The notes beneath the pieces are model-generated. The model saw nothing but the letters and a program-made list of their open reading frames with translations. It was not told the origin of the DNA and ran no database searches. Made by a program: the position numbers and the translations under genes. This document shows, one piece after another, positions 1 through 11,156 of a stretch of 64,000 nt of DNA (positions within the stretch are counted from its first letter, which is position 1; each line of letters opens with the position of its first letter). This DNA is from Octopus sinensis (taxonomy: Eukaryota). The stretch lies in contig NC_043019.1 in the NCBI RefSeq assembly GCF_006345805.1, positions 25,977,360 to 26,041,359 of the forward strand. The letters run 5' to 3'.

Positions 1-40
1 AAATCTGTGGTATTGAGCAGAATATTTGCTGTAGCCCATC

Positions 41-143
<103 letters not shown>

Positions 144-166
144 GTGACTGTTGTTGTTGATTTCAG

Positions 167-307
167 ATTGTCGTGATGAAAATGTTGATTGTCGTTACTG
201 GGCCGCTACCGGAGAATGTAAAACTAGTGCAGAGTTCATGAATAAAGAATGTAGGAAATCTTGTCAGTTGTGTAAGTCCATGCACCAAACTCAACCAGCA
301 GTTGATG
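167..307 (+). CDS. ShK/ShKT domain exon A1 (141 nt, phase 1-1) of a multi-ShK protein; gene begins left of the window
   Basis: Acceptor gatttcAG ends at 166, donor GTAAGT at 308. Reads DCRDENVDCRYWAATGECKTSAEFMNKECRKSCQLCKSMHQTQPAVD with C-x6-C-x8-C-x10-C-x3-C-x2-C ShKT spacing. Confidence 0.9.
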
Positions 308-538
308 GTAAGTTTACCTTTGGATTCTTCTACCCGGTTGTCATTCACTTTTCCTGCTCCACCCGTTTTCTACTGTTGTTTCATTTAAGAAGTAACGAGA
401 TATTTATAAACAAAATGTAACAGAAACACCCTCCAGCTATTTCATAGCGAAGGGAATTTTACAAATGGCCGTTGGGATTGGCCTTGATTTGGGAATGGTG
501 GGTAGATTACTCGGAGTTTCTCGCAAGCCACGGGGTGG

Positions 539-576
<38 letters not shown>

Positions 577-939
577 CTTGAACGGCAAAAATCCCATTTT
601 ATTTCATTTTCTTCTTATGATAAAAATATGTTCACACCACGCCCTCGGAGAGAAACCAACAGGTGTAAAACCACACAGGTATTCTCTCTTTAATATATGA
701 ATAATGGTAGAGAGGCAGGTTGGATGACTCGTTAGCATGCCAGGCAAAACGCTCGGCGGCATTTCGTTCATCTTTAAGATCTGAGTTCAAACTCCGCCGA
801 GGTCGATATTGCCTTTCATCCTTTCGGGGTCAATAAAACATGTACCAGTGGTCAATGCAATTGATTTAACCCCACCGCCACCAGAAGTTGCTGGCCTTCT
901 GCCAAAATTTCAAAACCATTACTATTATTATTATTATTA

Positions 940-975
<36 letters not shown>

Positions 976-986
976 TATTATTATTA

Positions 987-1051
<65 letters not shown>

Positions 1052-1610
1052 GAGTGAGAGAGCAGCGCATGCCATCAAAGTGACACTGGATTAAAATATA
1101 CGAAGCCCAGTATACCCATCATAACCACCCGTCTGATAAGGGTACACCAGGCACATGCATCACAACCATATGTGCGCGACATGGTGATCTCATATCAAGG
1201 TAAACAGCGCATGACCTTGCAGGTGGGGCCCAGTTAGAATTTTCTTCAGGTCGAGTAGCCCATCCCGCTCAAAATGTCCCTGAATAAGGGTTGTTTAAGG
1301 ATGTTGAAAGAACCACCCATGTTTCCAGAGGTGAATTATTCAAACCCCAAAGAATCCCTCTCAACACATGGCTATGATGCTCCCCTGCTACTTCTGCTCG
1401 TGATCAGAGATGCACATATCGTCAGCCACTAAGGGACATGATCAACTGGTTAAGGTCAAACAACTGACAAGCAAATCTCTGGTATTGAGCAGAATATTTG
1501 CTGTAGCCCATCTTTTTATACCAAAACAAAATAATGTACATGATAACACTTCCAATCAGTTAAGATCAGAAGCCATGAGAGCCACTGCCTTGTACTGCAT
1601 CAGAGCATTT
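1052..1610 (-). mobile_element. Non-coding ~560-bp retroposon with (TAA)n 3' tail; related pieces at 1-42 and 62830-63021
   Basis: Same sequence recurs at three places and each abuts (TTA)n; no ORF; family unclassified. Confidence 0.7.
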
Positions 1611-1772
1611 AGTATTTATTTTTGTTGTTGTGGGTGGTAGTGTTGGTGGTGATGGTGGTGGTGGTGGTGGTGGTGTTATTATTATTATTGTTGTTGTTGT
1701 GGGTGGTAGTGGTGGTGGTGGTGGTGGTGGTGTTATTATTATTATTATTGTTGTTGTTGTTGTTGATTTCAG

Positions 1773-1883
1773 AATGTCTTGATCAACATAAGAAGTGTCC
1801 TCATTGGGCCTCTGTCGGAGAATGTGACAAGAATCCGAAATACATGCATAAGTACTGTGAAAAATCTTGTCAGTTGTGTGAAG
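1773..1883 (+). CDS. ShK domain exon B1 (111 nt, phase 1-1)
   Basis: gatttcAG / GTAAGT boundaries; ECLDQHKKCPHWASVGECDKNPKYMHKYCEKSCQLCE, canonical W..G.C..NP.YM...C.KSC..C. Confidence 0.92.
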
Positions 1884-2119
1884 GTAAGTTTATCTTTGGC
1901 TTCTTCTACCCGGTTGTCCTTCACTTTTCCTGCTCCACCCGTTTTCTACTGTTGTTTCGTTTCAAAACAAAATGTAATAAGAACACGCTCCAACTATTTC
2001 ATAGCGAAGGGAATTTTACAAATGGGCATTAGGATTGGTGTTGATTTAGGAATGGTGAGTACAATACTCGGAGTTTCTCGCAAGTCACGGGTGTGAATTT
2101 ATTCACCATTCTCTTAAAT

Positions 2120-2207
<88 letters not shown>

Positions 2208-2581
2208 TGTAAAACTTGAACGGCAAAATTCCGTTTTATTTTATTGTACTCTTATGGAAAAATACCTCCACACTACGCCCTCAGGGAGAAGCCAACGGGT
2301 GTAAAGCCACACAGATATTCTCTCTTTAATATGGTATGAATGGTGATAGGGCGATGAGCTGGCGGAATCGTTAGCACGCCAGGCAAAACGCTTGACGGCA
2401 TTTCGTTCATCTTTAAGTTCTGAGTTCAAACTACATCGAGATCGACTTTGCCTTTCATCCTTTCAGAGTCGAGTACCAGTTACGCACTGGGGTCGATGTA
2501 ATTGACTCATCATCCCCTCCCCCAAAATTTCAGGCCTTATGCCTATTGTAGAAAGGCATATTATTATTATTATTATTATCA

Positions 2582-2612
<31 letters not shown>

Positions 2613-2651
2613 TATTATTATTATTGTTGTTGTTGTTGTTGTCGATTTCAG

Positions 2652-2792
2652 ATTGTGCTGATCAAAATGAGGATTGCGCATTTTTGACCTCTATCGGAGA
2701 TTGTAGCAAGAACCCTAGCTACATGTATACAAAGTGTAAGAAATCTTGTAAAATGTGTCTTTCTAACGCTCACGTTCCAAGTGTATCTGAAA
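2652..2792 (+). CDS. ShK domain exon A2 (141 nt, phase 1-1)
   Basis: gatttcAG / GTAAGT; DCADQNEDCAFLTSIGDCSKNPSYMYTKCKKSCKMCLSNAHVPSVSE; six Cys kept, usual Trp replaced by Leu. Confidence 0.9.
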
Positions 2793-3436
2793 GTAAGTTT
2801 ACCTTTGGCTTCTTCTACCCGGTTGTCATTCACTTTTCCTGCTCCACCCGTTTTCTACTGTTGTTTCGTTTGAAAAAGTAACGAGATATTTATAAACAAA
2901 ATGTAATAAGAACATCCTCCAAATATTTCATAGCGAAGGGAACTTAACAAATGGCCGTTGGGATTGGTGTTGCTTTGGGAATGGTGAGTACAGTACTCGG
3001 AGTTTCCCGCAAGCCACGAGTGTAAATTTATTCATCATTCCCTAAAATGATTGAGGGGTGGCCTTGCTAGCCTTGTAGGCCTTGAACCAACACTTGAAAC
3101 CATTATTGTTGTTGTTGATGTTGTTGTTGTTGTTCTTATTGTTATCATCATAATCATCATCACCGTAGTCGTCATTGTCATCATCATCGTCATCATCATC
3201 AAGGCGGCGAGCTGGCAGAAACGTTAGCACCCCGGGCAAATTGCTTAGCCTTATTTCGCCCATCGGTAAGTTCTGAGTTCAAATTCTGCTAAGGTCGAAT
3301 TTGCTTTTCATCTTTCTGGAGTCCATAAACTAAGTGCCATCGACTAGTGTCGATGTAATCGACTAGTCCTTCCCTCACAAATTTCAGGCTTTTGTGCCTT
3401 TAGTAGAAAGGATTATCATTATTATTATCATTATCT

Positions 3437-4405
3437 TTTTTTCCTCTTCTTTCAAATTTGCTTCCATTTCTTGCCGAGTGTCTTCCCGACTCCTAGGGCA
3501 AAGAAAATCATAGTATACATTGGTAAGCCATTAAACTAAACTCACTAGTTCGTTCATTTTTTTTTAAGTTAAATTAAAATACATGGGTAGTAATAGTTCT
3601 CACATCGACAATGCTCTTCTTAATACGTGTGATGTACCAGTTAAGACAATCTTTTGCACTTCTTGCAGGGATGGTAAGCCAGGGATCATTCTCATATAAT
3701 TTTCGGTTCCCTTCTTGATCATTCCTAGTGCTCCTACGATCACTGGTATTGTAACCGCCTTGAGATGCCACATTTTCTCAATTTCCATGAGCAGGTCTTT
3801 ATATTTTCTGAGCTTGTCAAACTCTTTCGCCGAGATATTATGATCACAGGGGATGCTCATGCCAATCAATAAGCAAACTTTATTGTTTTGGTCTTTCACA
3901 ACAATATCCGGTTTATTGGCTTTGATGGTTCGGTCTGTATGTACTGGAAAGTCCCACAGAATCGTTACATTTTCTCCTTCAGTTACAGCTTCAGGGTGGT
4001 GATTATACCACTTGTCGGCAGTTTTGATATTGTAATGCCGACTTATTAGCCAGTGTAGATATTGGCCAACTCTGTCATGTCTTAATTTATACTCCACTGG
4101 TGCTAAGACTTTACATCCAGAGATTAGGTGGTCCACTGTTTCAATCATGTCGTTGCAGAATCGGCATTTTAGGTCTGCTCCATTTTTCATCACATTGGCC
4201 TGGTAGTTCCGGGTTAATAGGCTTTGATCTTGAGCAGCCAGGATGAAACCTTCGCTCTCTGCTTTTAGCCCTGGGCTCCGTAGCCACTGATGGGTTTGCT
4301 TCTGGTCAACATCAGCTTGTTTGCTACGGGCCACATATTTGCCGTGCAGAGGTTTCTCCTCCCACCTATCAGCCAATTGCTCGTGCGCTTTTTTCGTTGC
4401 CATTA
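3437..4405 (-). mobile_element. 5'-truncated R4/Dong-type non-LTR retrotransposon (CCHC knuckle + restriction-like endonuclease), copy 1
   Basis: CRFC..ETVDHLISGC, RHD, ILWDF, KPDIVV, K..KYKDL, IPVIVGALG; stop at 3600, then 3'UTR and TAA-type tail. Confidence 0.9.
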
Positions 4406-4414
4406 TTTTCACCT

Positions 4415-4445
<31 letters not shown>

Positions 4446-4511
4446 CATCATCATCATCATCATCATCATCGTCATCATAATCATCGTTATTATTATTATC
4501 ATCATTATTAT

Positions 4512-4960
4512 TATTATTCATATACACACAACAGATTAGGCTACTGGAAAAGAAAAAATTCTTAACATCGGGCTACAACAAGTAACCTTAGATGCCAAGA
4601 ACCCTCCTAAGTATCTTAGCTGTCCCTAATAAAACTGTACTAGGTTTTATGTCTATTTCCTCTATCCTTCTGTTCAAATCTTTAGGGATAGTTCCTAATG
4701 CCCCTATAACTACTGGGATACATTTCACCCTCATTTTCCATAGTCTCTGTAATTCAATGGCTAGGTCCTGGTACTTTGCTATTTTTTCTATACCTCTCAT
4801 ATTGATTTTTTTCATCATTTGGTGTAAAATTATTTATCTGGCACTTACTATTCTCTTTATCTACTACTACCAAATCAGGTCTTATAGCTTCTATTACTCT
4901 GTCAATCTGAATGTTAAAATCCCACAACAACTTATATTTCTTAGTTTCTAGTACTTTACT
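4512..4960 (-). mobile_element. R4/Dong-type RLE 3' fragment, copy 2 (different subfamily, frameshifted)
   Basis: KLLWDFNIQIDRVIEAIRPDLVVVDKE ... KYQDLAIELQRLWKM..IPVVIGALG ... LLGTAKILRRVLGI-stop. Confidence 0.85.
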
Positions 4961-5002
4961 AGGTACATTATTATTGTTGTTGTTGTTATTATTATTATTA
5001 TT

Positions 5003-5137
5003 GACTTTGCACAGCTTCAGCTGTTCACTACCAGTGAACTAAGGTAACACCTCTTATTTTACGAGCACCTTCCGGAGTATTCGAGTGGTTCCAAGCAGTA
5101 CTGTTTTCTTCAAGTGCTCCACACTTATTGCAGCCCT

Positions 5138-5139
<2 letters not shown>
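5003..5139 (-). mobile_element. R4/Dong-type RLE extreme 3' tip, copy 3
   Basis: Minus frame AAISVEHLKKTVLLGTTRILRKVLVK-stop, short UTR, TAA tail. Confidence 0.75.
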
Positions 5140-5199
<60 letters not shown>

Positions 5200-5209
5200 T
5201 CATTATTTG

Positions 5210-5965
5210 ATGAAAAACTCACAGCTTGTTTTGCTGGGTATGATGGAAAGTGTCAGCTGTCCACAGCCAGCAGACTAAGGTGACACTTGTTTTACTGGTC
5301 ATGCCTCAAGAACCGTGCGTAGAATTCTTGCAGCTGGAAGCAATGCTGATTTTTGTAGGAGTTCTACCTTTACATTTTAATCTTTTTCAGCCATTTTGGT
5401 AGTTGACTGCTGGGGCTTCCAAGTGCGCCAATTACTACTGGTATCACGTCTAGTCTCTTCATTGACCACAATATTCATATTTCCCACTTTAACTCATCGT
5501 AGTTGTTCAGTTCTCTCTTTGATCCTGTTGTCACCCACATATACTATGTCGAGTATTATGCATGTTCTTTCTCTTTTATTCACCAAAACAATGTCCGGCT
5601 TCCGATGTTTGATCAGGGGATCGCACTGAATCATTGCAGCCCACAGGATTATGCAATTCTCACTTTAGGTGACTCCTTCTGGAATTTTCACATACCAAGC
5701 CTTTGTTCTTTGAAGGCCGAGATTTCCAAAGAGCTCCCAATGGATTATTCCTTCCACATTGTCTCATGTCGTTTTTTCGTATTCGCCTTGTGCCAATTTC
5801 GGGCATTCGCTAACGATGTGCCATATCGTTTCACCCATCTCACCACACATTCTGCATTTGTCGCTGTCGGTAGTGCTGTCGCTACTACTCCACATAGTTA
5901 GTCCTTAACGCCTGTTCTTGTGCTGCGCATATAAGAGCTTCTATCCCCATCTACAGATCACTCCC
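5210..5965 (-). mobile_element. R4/Dong-type RLE 3' fragment, copy 4 (degraded)
   Basis: EALICAAQEQALRTNY, CRMCGEMGETIWHIVSEC, RKPDIVLV, IPVVIGALG, LLQKSALLPAARILRTVLEA; contains stops and frameshifts. Confidence 0.85.
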
Positions 5966-6063
5966 CCCGATTTCATTGCCACCGATCTTCTGTATCTGTC
6001 TTGGCGTTCGTATCTCGTATCTCTTATTATTATTATTATTGTTGTTGTTGTTGTTGATTTCAG

Positions 6064-6174
6064 ATTGTCTTGATCAACATAAGAAGTGTCCTCATTGGGC
6101 CTCTGTCGGAGAATGTGACAAGAATCCTAAATACATGCATAAGTACTGTAAAAAATCTTGTCAGTTGTGTGTAG
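6064..6174 (+). CDS. ShK domain exon B2 (111 nt, phase 1-1)
   Basis: gatttcAG / GTAAGT; DCLDQHKKCPHWASVGECDKNPKYMHKYCKKSCQLCV; 4 nt differences from B1. Confidence 0.92.
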   Translation: MVLINIRSVLIGPLSENVTRILNTCISTVKNLVSCV

Positions 6175-6411
6175 GTAAGTTTATCTTTGGCTTCTTCTAC
6201 CCGGTTGTCCTTCACTTTTCCTGCTCCACCCGTTTTCTACTGTTGTTTCGTTTCAAAACAAAATGTAATAAGAACACGCTCCAACTATTTCATAGCGAAG
6301 GGAATTTTACAAATGGGCATTAGGATTGGTGTTGATTTAGGAATGGTGAGTACAATACTCGGAGTTTCTCGCAAGTCACGGGTGTGAATTTATTCACCAT
6401 TCTCTTAAATG

Positions 6412-6448
<37 letters not shown>

Positions 6449-7226
6449 TTTATTGTACTCTTATGGAAAAATACCTCCACACTACGCCCTCAGGGAGAAG
6501 CCAACGGGTGTAAAGCCACACAGATATTCTCTCTTTAATATGGTATGAATGGTGATAGGGCGATGAGCTGGCGGAATCGTTAGCACGCCAGGCAAAACGC
6601 TTGACGGCATTTCGTTCATCTTTAAGTTCTGAGTTCAAACTACACCGAGATCGACTTTGCATTTCATCCTTTCAGAGTCGAGTACCAGTTACGCACTGGG
6701 GTCGATGTAATTGACTCATCATCCCCTCCCCCAAAATTTCAGGCCTTATGCCTATTGTAGAAAAGCATATCATTATTATTATTATGGTGGTGGTGGTGGT
6801 GGGGTGGTGGTGGTGGTGGTGGTGGTGAGCTGGCAGAATGGTTAGCACACTGGGCAAAATGCTGAGCGGTATTTCGTCCGTCTTTACATTCTGAGTTCAA
6901 AATTCCGCCGAGGTAAAATTTGCCTTTCATCCTTTCGAGGTCGATTAAATGAGTACCAGCTACGCACTGGGATCGATGTAATCGACTTTATCCCTACCCC
7001 CAAATTTGATTCCTTGTGCTTCCAGTAGAAAGGATTATTATCATTATCATTAATTATCATCTTAATTGGCTTGGTGATTGTGATTGTGGTGGTGGCAGTG
7101 GTGGGTGATAATATTGAAACGAGCAGGAAGCAAAATTGTTTGTTGTAGCTTCTTGAACTCTTCTCTTAAAATTCTGAGGGCGATAAAATATTACCAGGTA
7201 TGTAATGGGGTTCATCTAATTGTTTA

Positions 7227-7287
<61 letters not shown>

Positions 7288-7403
7288 TCTCGCTTTTTCT
7301 CTATCTATCTATCTTCCTTTACCTCCTTCTCCCTCCAGTAAATGCTTTATTTTGCGTTTATAACAAACCACATTAGAATTCCTGTTCACTTCTTTATTTG
7401 CAG

Positions 7404-7516
7404 CCTGCATTGATAAGAACGCTAAATGTGCTCAATGGGCCAAAAGGGGCGAATGTGACATAAATCCAGTTTACATGCATAAACACTGTAAACGGTCTTG
7501 CTTTATCTGTAGCTAA
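7404..7516 (+). CDS. Last coding ShK exon with stop codon
   Basis: Pyrimidine tract and ttgcAG at 7403; ACIDKNAKCAQWAKRGECDINPVYMHKHCKRSCFICS then TAA 7514-7516; donor GTAAGT at 7521. Not in the ORF track; read by hand. Confidence 0.9.
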
Positions 7517-9546
7517 ATTGGTAAGTATTACAAGCGATTCCCTTTCGTGTTTAGAAGCGTGTGTATATATGTTTATTTACAGAGCCGACTGGTTTCGCAT
7601 GTGATTGTGAGACAAACTTCTTTAACTCTCAAACATTCCTACACTTGCTATATGTTTCTAGAACCTACAGATGAGTGATACAGCTAGTCTTCTACGGATT
7701 CAGCTAGTCTACTATGGGTTCAAATCCACCCACAAGTACGTTTCTCTGATATAAAAATAAGAATGTAAAATATAGAAATAAGACTTGTGAAAGCTTTACC
7801 AAAGAAATCCTACCGTAGCAGAATAATATTGGAGACAGATTTTATTTTAGATTCTTTTCGATATTCAATTATTATTTAAAAATTAATGTAAAAATTGTAA
7901 ATCATGAAAATCTCTCTCAAGGAATAACAAATGTCAAATGTTTAACAAAGAATATAGTTTTCAAAGATGTTCTCTTTTAAGACTGCACCTTCAGTACTAC
8001 CAATATTGAATTCCTAATATTTTAAGAGGCTAAATCCACAGATTGGCTGTGTGATAAGTAGCTTGCTTACCAACAACATGGTCATGGGTTCAGCCCCACT
8101 GCGTGGCACCTTGGGCAAGTGTCTTCTACTATAGCCTCGGGCCAACCAAAGCCTTGTGAGTGGATTTGGTAGACGGAAACTGAAAGAAGCCCGTCGTATA
8201 TATGTATATATATATGCGTGTGTGTGTTTGTGTGTGCATATGTTTGTGTGTCTGTGGTTGTCCCCCCCCCATCATCGTGTGTGCATATGTTTGTCCCCCC
8301 ATCATCGCTTGACAATCGATGCTGGTGTGTTTACGTCCACGTAACTTAGCGGCTCGGCAAAAGAGACCGATAGAATAAGTACTAGGCTTACAAAGAATAA
8401 ATCCTGGGGTCGATTTGTTTGACTAAAGGCGGTGCTCCAGCATGGCCACAGTCAAATGGCTGAAACAAATAAAAGAGTAAAGTAAAAGAGTAAAGTTCCC
8501 AACAGTTTTATTGCTTCCGAAAGCAAGTATCTAATATAAAGGCCAGAAGGTGCTATTTTGACGTGTGATCTATAACCTAAAGGGAGATTACTTTGGGTTA
8601 CTTTTTAGTTTACTTTTCAATTTCTAAAACACCTTAACTGTTAGCGAAAGATTTTTTTTACAATAAATTCTTTGGTACACACTTAAATTTCCAAAATTGT
8701 TAGTATTTTAATAATAATAAAACCATATTCCCTTTATCTCTTAGTGAATAATAACAACCCAAGAATAAACAATACGATAATTGAAATAAGCGCGTAGATC
8801 ACACAAGTTTGGCATCCGCGAGTTTTACAACGTAAAGCAACTAAAAACTAAACAAGAGTAATCGCCCTTGAAGTTGCTGATTACGCACCAAAGTGTCACC
8901 GGCCAGAAAACGCAGGAAGTCCTATTATCGACATTAATATGGGAAGCACTCCGTCGTTTACGACGATGAGGGTTCCGGTTGATCCGAATCAACGGAACAG
9001 CCTGCTCGTGAAATTAACGTGTAAGTGGCTGAGCACACCACAGACACGTGCACCCTTAACGTAGTTCTCGGGGATATTCAGCGTGACACAGAGAGTGACA
9101 AGGCCGGCCCTTTGAAATACAGGTGAGAGAAAGTTGTGGTGAAAGAGTACAGCAGGGATCACCACAATCCCCTGCCGGAGCCTCGTGGAGCTTTAGGTGT
9201 TTTCACTCAATAAACACTCACAACGCCTGGTCTGGGAATTGAAACCGCGATCCTATGACCGTGAGTCCGCTGCCCTAACCACTGGACCATTGCGCCTCCA
9301 CCCGACATTAATATACACAGTGGCAGACTGGCCAGGTTGCCAGCTTGCCCGATGGCAAGTGGGACCCTGTGCCATTTGAATCCATATATGGGGGTCCATG
9401 TTAGTACGTAGGGGCCCATCCACTCAAGTTTGAGAATTTTTTATTCACTCCTGAGAGAATGCATTAATTATTTCTGCCTGGCTGTGTTTGTAGACAGTTG
9501 AAAAGAATACTTTTAACAAAAAAAAACAAAAAAAAGTTAAATGATA

Positions 9547-9950
9547 GCGCAGGAGTGGCTGTGTGGTAAGTAGCTTGCTAACCAACCACATGGTTCCGGG
9601 TTCAGTCCCACTGCGTGGCATCTTGGGCAAGTGTCTTCTGCTATAGCCCCGGGCCGACCAATGTCTTGTGAGTGGATTTGGTAGACGGAAACTGAAAGAA
9701 GCCTGTCGTATATATGTATATATATATAAGTGTGTGTGTATATGTTTGTGTCTGTGTTTCTCCCCCTAGCATTGCTTGACAACTGATGCTGGTGTGTTTA
9801 CGTCCCCTTCACTTAACGGTTCGGCAAAAGTGACCGATAGAATAAGTACTGGGCTTACAAAGAATAAGTCCCGGGGTCGATTTGCTCGACTAAAGGCGGT
9901 GCTCCAGCATGGCCGCAGTCAAATGACTGAAACAAGTAAAAGAGTAAAGA
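9547..9950 (+). mobile_element. tRNA-head CORE-like SINE, family A; other copies approx 8040-8490(+), 12563-12953(-), 16160-16405(-), 16805-17208(-), 18412-19285(-), 22560-22750(-), 26700-27092(-), 30050-30825(-), 44155-44660(- x2), 59673-60070(+)
   Basis: A/B-box-like head (tggctgtgtggtaag..gggttcagtccc), CORE-like ccttgggcaagtg, internal TA/CA tract, gagtaaaa tail. Confidence 0.8.
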
Positions 9951-10162
9951 GCATTGTAGTTGCGGGTGGGCCCCCTTAGTCTCCTGGCAACCAATATTCT
10001 TAGACCCAGTCCGCCATGGAATATGCTTATCCTTGTGTGTATGTGTATATATACATATTGATGAGAGTGTATGTGCATGCGTTCTTATATATTTATGAAT
10101 ATTTAACAGTTTTCTTTGATGACTTTCTTTGGTAATTTTTTTCTCTTATGTTTGTTTTTCAG

Positions 10163-10280
10163 ATCCAAGAAATTCCAGAATAACTCGATGCTTACCATTC
10201 TTCGTTAGAATTCATTTAAACCAACATTTACATACCGAGATTTATAACCATGAAATCAATAAAAATTATATTACTTTTAT
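10163..10280 (+). other. Probable non-coding terminal (3'UTR) exon of the ShK gene
   Basis: Strong acceptor ttctcttatgtttgtttttcAG ending 10162, AATAAA at 10258-10263; the unpaired donor at 7521 needs a downstream acceptor. Inference; the end is approximate. Confidence 0.5.
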
Positions 10281-10305
10281 ATATAAATATTTGATGATGA
10301 TGATG

Positions 10306-10367
<62 letters not shown>

Positions 10368-10435
10368 CTGCCCTAGGTGTATGGAAAACACTCGGCGAGA
10401 AACGGAAGAAAATTTGAAGAAAGAAGGAAAAAAAC
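10368..10435 (+). mobile_element. ~70-bp 3'UTR tip of the copy-1 RLE family embedded in an (AAT)n array
   Basis: ctgccctagg...acactcggcgagaaacggaagaaaatttgaagaaagaagg matches the reverse complement of about 3437-3505. Confidence 0.7.
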
Positions 10436-10474
<39 letters not shown>

Positions 10475-10738
10475 TTTCATTAGTCGCAGAGCTTAAATAA
10501 ATTTAGTTGTCCATTGAAATGAGTTCTTCGTTGTTTATGCTTTGGATTTTGGTTGTCGAGACACTGAAGTCGGGTGCAATATTTTGAGAGCACTGAATTA
10601 CTTCCCTTTGCCTTTCATTTTTCTCTAGTAACAGGAATGAGGATTGGTGAAATGCTATGATGAGTCTTGGTCCTTTCGCTGCTAGTCTGACTGTCAATTT
10701 CTTTACAGTATTTTTTGTGGGTGGAGGAGACAAGTCTG

Positions 10739-11156
10739 GGATCTTTTCGGTTTGAACGGCAGTTTTTTTAAATAATTTCCACGTAACTAAACACTTTTAA
10801 ACTTCGTATACTGGTAGAATGTGTTTATAAAATATCTTTTTCTCTTTGCTTTATTGAGAAAATTCTATAGTTTGTAAGATATTTGTCGTTGTTTTTTCTT
10901 CAATTTCTGCAATTTCAACCAATCAAATTACGTCTATTGAGGTAAAAAAAACATTCTGTGCCGTATGAATATGTCCCTCGTTTAAGAAACAGATTGGGTT
11001 TATTTACATTTGTGAAGAAAAAAAAAAGATACCCTACCCCCCACCCCTAACCCTAAAACAGATTGAAATGCAATAGATCGATACTAGGGTCATAATTAAG
11101 GGTGACAATTTCATATGACACCGCTAGAAAAACTGCCATTCAAACCGAAAAGATCC
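10739..11156. mobile_element. Merlin-like MITE (418 bp)
   Basis: TIR GGATCTTTTCGGTTTGAACGGCAGTTTTT (1 mismatch); perfect 8-bp TSD CAAGTCTG. GG termini plus an 8-bp TSD fit the Merlin/IS1016 superfamily. Confidence 0.8.

Noticed and set aside
4406-4505. N-terminal part of the 301-aa ORF
   Set aside because: It is microsatellite read in frame with a truncated retrotransposon; not an intact gene.
10503-10733. 76-aa minus-strand ORF next to the MITE
   Set aside because: No recognisable motif or splice support; possibly a TE remnant.
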